DNA from: Candidatus Latescibacterota bacterium
GTDB lineage: Bacteria > Latescibacterota > UBA2968 > GCA-2709665
NCBI GenBank assembly: GCA_965237675.1
Contig: OZ250150.1
Span: forward strand, 3,264,001-3,328,000
Direction of reading: 5' to 3'
Length of the DNA stretch: 64,000 bases
A program made the translations under genes and the position numbers. Under the pieces are notes generated by a model, which worked only from the letters and a program-made list of their open reading frames with translations, did no database searches and was not told the origin of the DNA. This document shows positions 38,992-48,571 of the stretch, one piece after another (within the stretch, counting starts at the first letter, position 1; each line of letters begins with the position of its first letter).

Positions 38992-40455
38992 ATGACAACA
39001 ACGGATATTGAGATTGTTTACGTCTGCCATTGCTGCATTTGTGACCGGTCTTTGTCAGGAATAGTGCGTGCGGAGGGTACCCGCGTTGAATGCAGCTATT
39101 GTGGCAGAGTTAGCAAAGCCTTTCCACTGCACGATGTAGCGGAACGCATCCACGAGGTCCTACAAGCGCGATTTGAATTCACCCAGAGCGAACCTCAGGA
39201 CCACGAACGCTTCTTTTCAAAGGAGGGATTGTGGATCCGGTCTGGTGACCCCGTGGAGGATGTCATTATCGAAATAGCCGGTGTAAACACAGAAATCGCC
39301 ACTGATATGAGAGAACTACTATCGGACCTGTACCGCTACCGGGCCGTTAAGGATGGGGAGGAAAATCCTTACGATACCGATGCTTGCTACGAAGAGCGCG
39401 AAGTGGACGACTTGGACTTTCGCGAGTCCTGGAATACGTTTCGCGAAGAGGTACGATTTCGCGTACGGTTCTTTAGCACGTATGCTGAAGAGACGCTGAC
39501 GCATATCTTCGGCGATTTGGACACACACAAGGCGTTCAGCAATCGATCAGTGGTCCGAGAAGTTAGTCAAGACGAACGAGATTTTCATATCTGGCGCGGC
39601 CGCACGGCTCAGTCGCTTAAGGAACTTAAGGCCATCTTGACTGCGCCGTCTTGCGAAATTGGTCCACCACCATCCCGTCGCGCCAACGGTAGGCGGATGA
39701 ATGTGTCGGGCATTCCGGTCTTATATGGTGCATTGGAGCAGGACACCTGCGTAGCCGAACTCCGCGCACCCGTGGGCAGCCACGTTGTATTGGGCAGATT
39801 TGTACTGCTGCGTTCCATAAGGCTGTTGGACTTTAACGCGTTGATGGAAATCTACGTCGACACCAGCCACTTCGACCCGGACTACGACATACTTCACGCG
39901 CGAGCGACGTTTCTTAGATCGCTGGTCAGCGAGATATGCAGACCGGTGATGCCGCAGGACGAAGCTTTCGAATACCTCCCCTCCCAGGTCGTGGCCGAAT
40001 ACCTTGCCAACAAGCTTAATAAGCGATTGGACGGAATCATATTCCCTTCATCGCAGACCGAGGACGGTCAAAACGTCGTTCTCTTTAATCACGCATGTGG
40101 AGTGGCGACCGACGACCTGTCTGAGGGAACCGAAGTCATCGTTTATATTTCCCAAAGACAGCATAAGGATTGTGACGACGGCGAAGATGATGACAGCTAT
40201 ATACAGGTAATTGAGAATGACTCGCGAACTTGCGCACCGTCTCCTAATAACGAGAGCGCCTCGCGTTTGGATATTTTAACTTCACCACCGGATTTAACAG
40301 AAAATCATAACGATGACGAGGAACGACCGATGTGGAGTAAGCCGACGTTACGCCTAGACTTAGATTCCGTCTTGGTATCTGAAATTAAATCTGTTAGTTA
40401 TGGGCAGCGCCGACACGAGGTATTCCGCTACCGCCGGCTCAAGGACGAGACCTGA
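38992..40455 (+). CDS. RES domain protein with N-terminal Zn-ribbon/HEPN-RES-NTD-like region
   Basis: CxxC..CSYC N-terminus; IWRGR, RMN.SGIP.LYGA, CVAELR, YLPSQVVAEYL, DGIIFPSSQ...NVVLF (R-E-S triad). Confidence 0.88.
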   Translation: MTTTDIEIVYVCHCCICDRSLSGIVRAEGTRVECSYCGRVSKAFPLHDVAERIHEVLQARFEFTQSEPQDHERFFSKEGLWIRSGDPVEDVIIEIAGVNTEIATDMRELLSDLYRYRAVKDGEENPYDTDACYEEREVDDLDFRESWNTFREEVRFRVRFFSTYAEETLTHIFGDLDTHKAFSNRSVVREVSQDERDFHIWRGRTAQSLKELKAILTAPSCEIGPPPSRRANGRRMNVSGIPVLYGALEQDTCVAELRAPVGSHVVLGRFVLLRSIRLLDFNALMEIYVDTSHFDPDYDILHARATFLRSLVSEICRPVMPQDEAFEYLPSQVVAEYLANKLNKRLDGIIFPSSQTEDGQNVVLFNHACGVATDDLSEGTEVIVYISQRQHKDCDDGEDDDSYIQVIENDSRTCAPSPNNESASRLDILTSPPDLTENHNDDEERPMWSKPTLRLDLDSVLVSEIKSVSYGQRRHEVFRYRRLKDET

Positions 40456-40635
40456 TCCCCACGTTTTCAATCGGTTTGACATACGGCAACTGTGCTGCTG
40501 TCCGGAAATCAAGGCAGACTCGAAATACCGGCCTCGGTGTTCACCTTTAGACAGAAGACCCTGAAAGACACCGGATATTACGGGGAACGGCTGATAGTTT
40601 GCATCATACTTCTCTTGTAGCAGGGGAAAAAATTC

Positions 40636-40739
40636 CACATTGTCAACGCTGCGCTGCGGTCGGACATCGAAACCGTGTGCCGGAACCGCAGATATGAACC
40701 ACCGAAGATCTGTACCCGCAAGAACTGATGGAGGCCTAA
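40636..40739 (+). pseudogene. C-terminal remnant of a PIN/VapC-like toxin, frameshifted
   Basis: HIVNAALRSDIETVCRNRRYEPPKICT then a 1-nt shift to PQELMEA*, matching the 'HIAN...GYxxPxICTPEEL' end of a PIN family. N-terminus absent. Confidence 0.7.
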
Positions 40740-40741
40740 AG

Positions 40742-40951
40742 ATGCGCGATCCGATTGTTAGAGAGACTCGGAAACTTCGAGAGGAATATGCAGCGCAATT
40801 CATCCATGATGTGAATGCCGTATTCGACGACATTCTCAAGCGCCAGAGCCTTCGTGGCAGGAAGTTAGTGACCTTTTCGTCTCGTGAGCCGAAGCATAGA
40901 CCAACCTTTGGTGTAAAATCCGTAATCGGACGTGCGCCTGATTCCGTTTAG
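40742..40951 (+). CDS. Small putative antitoxin (partner of the PIN remnant)
   Basis: MRDPIVRETRKLREEYAAQF..D..A.F.DI..RQ; this family typically follows that PIN family; GGAGG RBS. Confidence 0.65.
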   Translation: MRDPIVRETRKLREEYAAQFIHDVNAVFDDILKRQSLRGRKLVTFSSREPKHRPTFGVKSVIGRAPDSV

Positions 40952-41009
40952 TAATTCCACATAAATCAATAAATTGTTTATAATCAGTAAAATATAAGGA
41001 TAATGTAAC

Positions 41010-42068
41010 TTGGGAAGATGCTTTATTTTAGGTGCGGGTTTTTCGAAGGCGGTTTCAAATCTGCCAGTAATGAGAGATTTGACAAAGACGTTTTGGGATA
41101 TTCGGAGCCGAGAAGCACTGCTTGGACGCTGTAATCGTGTGCGCTGGGGAGATAGAATCCAGGACTATCTTCGACATCTTGAGACTGAATTCTTCGAAAA
41201 ACCGTGTATCGATACCGAAAATGGAGAGACATATACAGAATGTAATTTTCAAGAGAACTTGGAAGCGTTAGTCTCTTTCATCGATCTCAATGCTTCTGGA
41301 GAGATAAAGGCGACCGTAACCGACAAAAACGGAAGGGCATCGAGCTACTCCAAGAGTTCTCTATTCTGGAATCTCACTGATCTCGATGAATTACGCACCT
41401 GCATCGAAACCTACATTTATCTCGCACTGATCAGACCTGAAATCAAGAGGGGTGTATTGGACCGCTTTCTGAGAAAATTTGAAAGTGATGACGAAGTAAT
41501 CACTTTCAATTATGACCTGATTGTAGAGAAAGCTTTGTTTGAATTGGGGATTTGGAAGCCACGGGATGGATATGGAATCGTCTTTGACGATCTTCCTATT
41601 ATTGTAAAATCACATGTAATTGAATCACGAGTAAAGATTCATAAGTTACATGGTTCATTGAACTGGAATTCAGATTTTTCGTTAAGGTTTTTCTACGACG
41701 ATAACGAGCCAATTTTCCCTGGCTATCTTAGAGATGGATCAAATCGCCATCAGTACCAAGGCAAGCATTCAGGAAACTGGATGTTACCTTCATTTATTAA
41801 ACAATTCACTGTTCCCGAGTTGATTGGTTGTTGGGATCGAGCCTTCAGAGCAATGAAAGACGCGGATGAAATAGTAATCATAGGATATAGCTTGCCGAAG
41901 GAGGATTCTGCTGCGTGCCTGCTTCTGGGTACAACTGCATTATCAGAAAAGCGACTGACCCTTGTTGATCCAAATGCAGATAAGTTGCACTGTAAATTTC
42001 GAATGATTACTTCCAACAAGCATATTGAGAAGTTTTACGGAATCGAAGATTTCGTCAATGCCTCTTGA
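41010..42068 (+). CDS. SIR2-like (SIR2_2) domain protein
   Basis: FILGAGFS, ITFNYD, KLHGSLNW, IIGYS; visibly AT-richer than flanking genes; TTG start after AAGGA. Confidence 0.85.
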   Translation: MGRCFILGAGFSKAVSNLPVMRDLTKTFWDIRSREALLGRCNRVRWGDRIQDYLRHLETEFFEKPCIDTENGETYTECNFQENLEALVSFIDLNASGEIKATVTDKNGRASSYSKSSLFWNLTDLDELRTCIETYIYLALIRPEIKRGVLDRFLRKFESDDEVITFNYDLIVEKALFELGIWKPRDGYGIVFDDLPIIVKSHVIESRVKIHKLHGSLNWNSDFSLRFFYDDNEPIFPGYLRDGSNRHQYQGKHSGNWMLPSFIKQFTVPELIGCWDRAFRAMKDADEIVIIGYSLPKEDSAACLLLGTTALSEKRLTLVDPNADKLHCKFRMITSNKHIEKFYGIEDFVNAS

Positions 42069-42291
42069 AAGGGATGTATTGGACCTTTTCGGACAACACC
42101 GGTTTTTCCCGTTTTTTTATAGGATATATTGCGCTCAAATCTCCTTGCAACGCCAGTGCAATGTATTCACAAATGGCTGACACTGGTATTCCGACAGGCT
42201 ACAAAATTGATCATCGAGGCTATGCGTAACAATGATCGGCGCGTCCATCTAAAAACGCTTTGTATTTCGACTGAAATAGCCAGGTAAAATT

Positions 42292-43896
42292 ATGAACAAC
42301 CCGAGTCCGAACATACTCGAGGAGCGGGCAGGTAGACGTAAGCTGCCCATCGGCATTCAAACCTTTCGCAAAATTCGGGAGGAGAACTGCTACTATGTTG
42401 ACAAAACCGCTTACATGCGGCGAATGGTGGACGAAGGCACTCATTATTTTCTGTCGCGACCCCGTCGCTTTGGCAAGAGCCTCTTTCTCGATACCTTAAA
42501 GGAACTGTTTGAGGGGAACGAGGTGCTGTTCGAAGGACTCGACATCCACGGCCATTGGGATTGGTCTGTTATCTATCCGGTCGTGCGGCTGAGCTTTGGC
42601 AGTGGCAATTTCAAGGAGCCGGGCTACCTGCATACGAATCTCATGGCGCAGTTGGACGCTGTCGAACGTCGGGCGGGCCTCGCAGGGGAGTACGCCACGG
42701 GCCCGGAACGGTTCAGTCATCTGGTCGAGGTGCTGCGCGATCGTGCCGGACATCCTGTGGCCGTTTTGGTCGATGAATACGACAAGCCGATTCTGGACGC
42801 GCTCGAGGTGCCGGAGGTCGCACGCGCCAACCGCGACTACCTGCACGGCCTGTACTCGTCGATCAAGGACAGCGAGGCGCACGTCAAGTTTACCTTCCTT
42901 ACCGGCGTCAGCAAGTTCTCAAAAGTAAGCCTGTTCTCTGGCTTGAATAACCTCAAGGACATCACCCTGGATGCCCGCTTTTCGGCCGTATGCGGCTACA
43001 CCGAGTCAGACCTGGACACCGTGTTCGCACCGGAACTGCCAGGGCTGGAACGGGAAGAGGTCCGCGAATGGTATAACGGCTATAGTTGGCTGGGTGACGA
43101 GAAGGTCTATAACCCTTTCGATATCCTCCTGCTCTTCGACAAGCGCCGATTCGACGCCTATTGGTTTGAGACCGGCACGCCGACATTCCTGATCGAGACC
43201 CTGTTCAAGCACCGTGTCAGTTCCCCGGCACTCGACGAGATGGTGGGCAGTAGCGACTTACTATCGGCCTTCGATGTGGATGACATAGCGACCGAGGCCC
43301 TGTTGTTCCAGACTGGCTACCTGACCGTTACCGATGAGGAGAACCTGGGTGGCGAGCCACTTTACGTGTTGGGTTACCCCAACCGGGAGGTGCGCCAGAG
43401 CCTTAACCGAAGTCTCCTTCGCTTCCTCGTCAAGAACCCGTCGCGCCAGATGGCGAACAGCGTCCAACTGTACCGGCTGCTGGAGGCGAACGACTTTGAG
43501 GGGCTCAAGACGCTGTTCCATACATTCTTCGCCAGTATTCCCTACGAGTGGTACACCAACAACGACATCGCCAACTACGAGGGCTACTACGCGAGCGTTT
43601 TTTATTCCTATTTCGCGGCACTCGGGCTTGACATTACGGTAGAAGACAGCAGCAGCCACGGCTGTTTGGACATGGCGGTGTTATTCAACGGCAACGTGTA
43701 CCTGTTCGAATTCAAAGTGGTGGAGTTGGCCCCCGAGGGCGCGGCGATGGCGCAATTGAAAGCGCGGCGTTACGCCGACAAGTACCGCGCCCGGGCAGAG
43801 CCGATCCATCTGATCGCGGTAGAGTTCAGCCGTGAGAGCCGCAACGTCGCGGCGTTCGACGTGGAGAGTGTGCTTGTGGATCGAGAGGAGCAGTAG
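42292..43896 (+). CDS. AAA-ATPase-like protein with C-terminal PD-(D/E)XK nuclease (PDDEXK_9)
   Basis: LPIGIQTF, YYVDKT, RPRRFGKS (Walker A), LVDEYDKP, EGYYAS, DM...YLFEFK. Confidence 0.92.
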   Translation: MNNPSPNILEERAGRRKLPIGIQTFRKIREENCYYVDKTAYMRRMVDEGTHYFLSRPRRFGKSLFLDTLKELFEGNEVLFEGLDIHGHWDWSVIYPVVRLSFGSGNFKEPGYLHTNLMAQLDAVERRAGLAGEYATGPERFSHLVEVLRDRAGHPVAVLVDEYDKPILDALEVPEVARANRDYLHGLYSSIKDSEAHVKFTFLTGVSKFSKVSLFSGLNNLKDITLDARFSAVCGYTESDLDTVFAPELPGLEREEVREWYNGYSWLGDEKVYNPFDILLLFDKRRFDAYWFETGTPTFLIETLFKHRVSSPALDEMVGSSDLLSAFDVDDIATEALLFQTGYLTVTDEENLGGEPLYVLGYPNREVRQSLNRSLLRFLVKNPSRQMANSVQLYRLLEANDFEGLKTLFHTFFASIPYEWYTNNDIANYEGYYASVFYSYFAALGLDITVEDSSSHGCLDMAVLFNGNVYLFEFKVVELAPEGAAMAQLKARRYADKYRARAEPIHLIAVEFSRESRNVAAFDVESVLVDREEQ

Positions 43897-44224
43897 GGTG
43901 TACTCAAGGGTGGAAGCATAGGGTAACGACGGAGGCTGCGTGAAAGATCGCCTGTCGCACTCCGGCCGCATGAAGAGCGATATACCGGACTGGATCCTGG
44001 ATGATACCGCCAGCGTTTCCGACCAAATCGTCCTGAAACGCGACCGATTGGAGACGTTTTTAGAGAGGCGTGTGAGGCGCCCACGTCGGTGGTTGGGTCT
44101 ATTCGGTATCTGAATTGGATCGCGTCTTTCGGATACCATCAGGCGGGTTTGGCGGCATCGAAATTGCAAACATATTTCGATTCGTATCTCACTTGTCATT
44201 TCTTATCGATGAGGGGTTGTCGCA

Positions 44225-45424
44225 ATGGCCGGAGAACGCAAATTGAGAATCGCGCAGGTGGGCTGCGGCAGCCGCGGGCTCGGGGTACGGCTGCCGGCGA
44301 TTCGGATGATGTCTGACGTATTCGAATTGGCCGCCGTGTGCGACGTGGACGCGGGTAAGGCGCGCGCAGTCGGCGCGGAATATGGCGTCCCTGCTTATTC
44401 GCGGGTACAGGATCTGGCGGCACATGAAAACCTGGACATCGCGGCCGTGAGTACGCCGGGCGATTCGCACCACGCGATCGGGGCGTACCTGGCTGAGCGA
44501 GGCGTGAATCTCATTGTGGAGACTCCGATTTCTCCGACGCTGCAGACCGCCGACGTCCTGATCGGAGCCGCCGAGCGCGGCGGGGTGAAGCTGGAGGTGG
44601 CCGAGCAGTTTTGCCGGGATCCCATGCATCTGATGAAGCGGCGAGCGATCGAGGCCGGGGCCATCGGGGACGTTCTTCGAGTATTTGCCCTGTTTCAGAC
44701 GGGAGGCTATCACATTGTCAGCAATGTTCGGGCGATGGTGTGCGATTCCGAGGCCGTGCGGGTCACCGGCGTGGTGATGAATTCGCCGATTCCCAGGGTG
44801 AATATTAGCGAGATTCGGCAGTATGAGACGGAATACTGGACGATGGATCTGGTCGAGTTCGAGAATGGCGCACTTGCGGTGATGTCCTATTCCTCCATGT
44901 ATCACGGGCGGGCGCTCGGACGCAAGAGCAAGACGTTGTTTCAGGTGGACGGTACCACGGGGACGATTGTGGAGGATGACGTGCATACCACCACGGAAGC
45001 GCAGCGATTGAATGGCGGCCGCGCCAGCGTCTGCCCGATCAGGACGGAGACGCGCGCGATGCACGGGATGCAGGTGCTGGAACGGATGGTGGTGGAGACC
45101 GACCCACCGCTGGTGTGGGAGAATCCGTGGCCCCAGTACCGGACGTCTCCTGGAGGGTTGGCGATCGTGGAAGAGATGGACAGCATCGCACGAGCGGTTC
45201 TGGACGATCTGCCAACCCGATATGACGGGTACCGGGCGCGGAAGGACATTGAGATCGAATTGGCGGTGGCCGAGTCCGGGCGGTTGGGGCGGAAACCCGT
45301 GGACCTGCCATTGACGGAACCCACGGCGCGAGAGACGAGGCTTCTTGAACAATTCAAGCGGGATTACGCATGCGATCCGTTCGACGTGGAAGCTTGCGTG
45401 GATGTATTCTTTCCGAAGAGGTAG
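44225..45424 (+). CDS. Gfo/Idh/MocA family oxidoreductase
   Basis: Rossmann VGCGSRG, AVCD, VSTP...H, ETP (variant of EKP). Confidence 0.85.
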   Translation: MAGERKLRIAQVGCGSRGLGVRLPAIRMMSDVFELAAVCDVDAGKARAVGAEYGVPAYSRVQDLAAHENLDIAAVSTPGDSHHAIGAYLAERGVNLIVETPISPTLQTADVLIGAAERGGVKLEVAEQFCRDPMHLMKRRAIEAGAIGDVLRVFALFQTGGYHIVSNVRAMVCDSEAVRVTGVVMNSPIPRVNISEIRQYETEYWTMDLVEFENGALAVMSYSSMYHGRALGRKSKTLFQVDGTTGTIVEDDVHTTTEAQRLNGGRASVCPIRTETRAMHGMQVLERMVVETDPPLVWENPWPQYRTSPGGLAIVEEMDSIARAVLDDLPTRYDGYRARKDIEIELAVAESGRLGRKPVDLPLTEPTARETRLLEQFKRDYACDPFDVEACVDVFFPKR

Positions 45425-45463
45425 TTAATTTCCCTGGAACCCCGAGTCCCGGAGATATCGAGA

Positions 45464-46525
45464 ATGGGTAAAGGACGCACATTCCCATGCGAGGCAAGAA
45501 AACTGACGGACGAGAAAACGGGCGCATCCGTCCGTCAGATGACGGATCATCCCTCCATCAATCACAATCTGTACTTTTCGAACTCGTCCTGGACGCCGGA
45601 CGGAAAAACCATCGTATTTACCTCGTATCGCTCCGGGCAACCCAACCTCTTCAAAATGGACGAGGCCACTGGCACGATAACGCAGTTGACCGATACGGAC
45701 GGATTCGGGGGCTTCGCCGCCTGCCCGTCGCGCGACGGGAACAGGGTATTTTACAATGCGGCCGGACAGGTACGCGCCGTGGACCTCGACACGTTGAAGG
45801 AATCGGTTCTCGCCGATTTTGGAAGCGGCAGCGCGGGCGGGTGCAGCCTCACGGCAGATGGCGCACGCCTGGTAACCTCATTGCAGCGAGACGGAAGTTC
45901 GGCGGTGGTCGCCGTGGAAACAGACGGAACCGGATACCGCGTGGTGCGTGAACCGCCCCGCGCCGTCGGCCACGTTCAGGTCTGCCCGGTTGATCCGGAC
46001 CTGATTCTGTATTCGAGCGACGTGAATCAGCGCATGTGGGAGGTGCGGATTGACGGAAGCGGCGAACGCGCGCTGTTTGAACACGACGCGTCGGTGTGGA
46101 TTACCCACGAGACGTTTCTGGGGCGCTCCGATGAAGTGATGTTCGTACACTGGCCTTATGCCCTGCGGGCAATCAGGGCGGGGGAGGACGAAGATCGGAC
46201 CATTGCGGCGTTCAATGTCTGGCATCCCTCTCCACGTCCGGATGGATCCCTCATTGTATGCGACACCACCTGTCCCGATATCGGGCTGCAACTGATCGAT
46301 CCGAAGACGGGGGAACACGAGACGCTCTGCTATCCAGGCAGTTCGAATGGGGGAACGCAGTGGTCGAGCACGGTCCCCGCGGACGACGACAAGACGCAGC
46401 CCGAAACGTACGGACCCCAGTGGTCTCATCCCCACCCCTCTTTCAGTCCCGACGGGACGCGGGTTATTTATACCTCGGATCGAACCGGCAGCAGCCAGAT
46501 TTACGTCGTGGATTTGCCCGATTAG
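45464..46525 (+). CDS. Oligogalacturonate lyase family / TolB-like beta-propeller protein
   Basis: DEKTGA.VRQMT, LYF..SSWTPDG, THE, HPHPSFSPDG..VIYTSDRTG. Confidence 0.8.
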   Translation: MGKGRTFPCEARKLTDEKTGASVRQMTDHPSINHNLYFSNSSWTPDGKTIVFTSYRSGQPNLFKMDEATGTITQLTDTDGFGGFAACPSRDGNRVFYNAAGQVRAVDLDTLKESVLADFGSGSAGGCSLTADGARLVTSLQRDGSSAVVAVETDGTGYRVVREPPRAVGHVQVCPVDPDLILYSSDVNQRMWEVRIDGSGERALFEHDASVWITHETFLGRSDEVMFVHWPYALRAIRAGEDEDRTIAAFNVWHPSPRPDGSLIVCDTTCPDIGLQLIDPKTGEHETLCYPGSSNGGTQWSSTVPADDDKTQPETYGPQWSHPHPSFSPDGTRVIYTSDRTGSSQIYVVDLPD

Positions 46526-46576
46526 GGCACGCCTTTTGCTGCAGACGCCGTTTCCGTGTTATTGAACAAAAAATGC

Positions 46577-46608
46577 TTGACTCCCGGCGAGCAAATCTGT
46601 AGATTTGC
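46577..46608 (+). promoter_or_regulatory. Sigma70-type promoter with overlapping palindromic operator candidate
   Basis: TTGACT-17 nt-TAGATT; GCAAATCT-GT-AGATTTGC (46591-46608) covers the -10 box. Confidence 0.6.
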
Positions 46609-46881
46609 GTTCCGCCTCTGCTTTGAATTATCCTCAATAAAATAAAGAAGATATAGACATCCGCTTCCGATGGCTCGGGGGACGGGGGCTGCCGTGTCAT
46701 TCGAGGGTGCTTCCGGCAGGGGCCGGCCGTTTGGGGGCGGAATCCGGTGGTGCGACGTGTTCCCGTGGATCCCCTGAACGCCGGGTCGGAACGAGCGGGA
46801 CCCGTGTCGAACGGGACGCTGAAAATTTCGGAACCGGGATTCGGTTGAAGAGTTTTTTAGAGGAAGGAGCGGAATTTTATA

Positions 46882-47373
46882 ATGATCCGGCGGACATGGG
46901 TTCTCGGATTGGCGGCGTCGGTTCTCCTTGGGTGCGCCCGCGAGTCCGCGGACGAGCTTTTTTCAAAAGGGGAGGCGGCAACCCACAAGGAGGCGTCCTA
47001 TCCGCAGGCAGAGGCGCTTCTCAAGGAATTCCTGGACGTTTATCCGGATGACCCGAGGGCGGATCTGGTCCTGCACGCGCTTGCGCGGGTGCTGCTGAAT
47101 CGACACAAGTTTGACGAGGCCATCGTATCTTACGAGACACTGGTTCGGCGTTTTCCGGAGAGCCGGTACGCGGACCAGGCCCAGTTTATGGTTGGGTACG
47201 CCTACGATCTCCAGGGCAAATATGAACGCGCCCGTGAAGCTTATCAGAAAGTCATCGATAAGTTTCCGGATTCGGAATTGAATGATGATGCCGCCATCTC
47301 GATCAGGAATCTCGGTAAGCCGCCCGAACAGTGGTTTCCCGTCGATTCGACCTCAACCGCAACGGTAAACTGA
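46882..47373 (+). CDS. TPR lipoprotein (BamD/YfiO- or CpoB-like repeats)
   Basis: Lipobox LLGC; repeated '..YP.S..A..A' TPR helices. Confidence 0.8.
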   Translation: MIRRTWVLGLAASVLLGCARESADELFSKGEAATHKEASYPQAEALLKEFLDVYPDDPRADLVLHALARVLLNRHKFDEAIVSYETLVRRFPESRYADQAQFMVGYAYDLQGKYERAREAYQKVIDKFPDSELNDDAAISIRNLGKPPEQWFPVDSTSTATVN

Positions 47374-47513
47374 ACCGGGTACGGGTGTGCCTATCGATCA
47401 GGTCCGGAATGAGATCCATGCCGCCCCGTCCCGACTCGAATACGCTCGCCGTTTCAGGCTGTCAAACAGCTCGCGGGGCCATGTTTTCTCGTTATTCTTT
47501 CAGCGGTTCGCAG

Positions 47514-47558
47514 CCGGGCGGTATCCGTGTAGACAGAAACCGTCCGGTCTTCTTTTTT
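47514..47558 (+). terminator. Possible intrinsic terminator just upstream of moxR
   Basis: CCGGGCGGT...ACCGTCCGG stem followed by TCTTCTTTTTT. Confidence 0.45.
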
Positions 47559-47571
47559 GTGGGATTCAACG

Positions 47572-48567
47572 ATGATGATCGCAGCCGATATCCAGCAACT
47601 GAACGATGAAGTAGAACGGGAGAGCGCGTTTGTCCAGCGCCTGACGGCCGAGGTGGGCAGGGTGATCGTGGGCCAGCAGCCCATGGTGGAACGGCTGTTG
47701 ATCGGGCTGCTGTGCAATGGCCACGTGCTGCTGGAAGGCGTTCCCGGTCTGGCAAAGACGTTAACCATCACGACGTTGGCGCGGGCCATTCATGCCTCGT
47801 TCAGCCGAATCCAGTTTACACCCGATCTCTTGCCCGCGGATTTGATCGGCACCATGATCTACAACCAGGCGACCGGCGAGTTCATGCCCAAAAAGGGTCC
47901 GGTTTTTGCGCAACTTGTGCTTGCCGACGAAGTGAACAGGGCGCCCGCCAAGGTTCAGAGCGCCATGCTTGAGGCGATGCAGGAGCGCCAGGTGACCATT
48001 GGCGATCAAACCTTTCCGATGGACGATCCGTTTCTGGTTCTGGCCACGCAGAATCCGATCGAGCATGAGGGAACCTACCCGCTTCCGGAGGCCCAGGTGG
48101 ACCGATTCATGATGAAGGTCCGGGTTACCTATCCGCGGCGGGAGGAGGAGCGGGAAATAATCGACCGGATGGAGGGCGGGGAACCGCCGGTTGCAGACCC
48201 CGTTGTCCGGCCGGAAGACATCTTACGCGCGCGTGCGGTTGTCGACCGGGTGTACGTCGACGACAAGATCAAGGACTATATCGTGAATCTGATGCTGGCA
48301 ACCCGCGATCCGGCGGCCTTCGGAATTCAGGATCTCAACGCGTTGATCGAGTATGGATGTTCGCCGCGGGGCTCCATCTTTTTGACGCGCGCGGCCAAAG
48401 CCCACGCGTTTTTGCGGCGCAGGGGATACGTGACGCCGGAGGATGTGAAAGCCATGGGCCAGGATATTCTCCGGCACCGTGTGATTGTCACGTACGAGGC
48501 GGAAGCCGAGGAGGTCGATTCCGAGGATATTGTCCGCCGGATATTCGATCATGTCGAGGTGCCCTGA
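47572..48567 (+). CDS. moxR: MoxR family AAA+ ATPase
   Basis: LEGVPGLAKT, RIQFTPDLLPAD, LADEVNRAPAKVQSA, ATQNPIE.EGTYPLPEAQ.DRF. Confidence 0.95.
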   Translation: MMIAADIQQLNDEVERESAFVQRLTAEVGRVIVGQQPMVERLLIGLLCNGHVLLEGVPGLAKTLTITTLARAIHASFSRIQFTPDLLPADLIGTMIYNQATGEFMPKKGPVFAQLVLADEVNRAPAKVQSAMLEAMQERQVTIGDQTFPMDDPFLVLATQNPIEHEGTYPLPEAQVDRFMMKVRVTYPRREEEREIIDRMEGGEPPVADPVVRPEDILRARAVVDRVYVDDKIKDYIVNLMLATRDPAAFGIQDLNALIEYGCSPRGSIFLTRAAKAHAFLRRRGYVTPEDVKAMGQDILRHRVIVTYEAEAEEVDSEDIVRRIFDHVEVP

Positions 48568-48571
48568 CGCG

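Noticed and set aside
43970-44113. 47-codon ORF (MKSDIPDWILDD...WLGLFGI) after the AAA-nuclease gene
   Set aside because: Too short and no recognisable family; could be a remnant but is unsupported.
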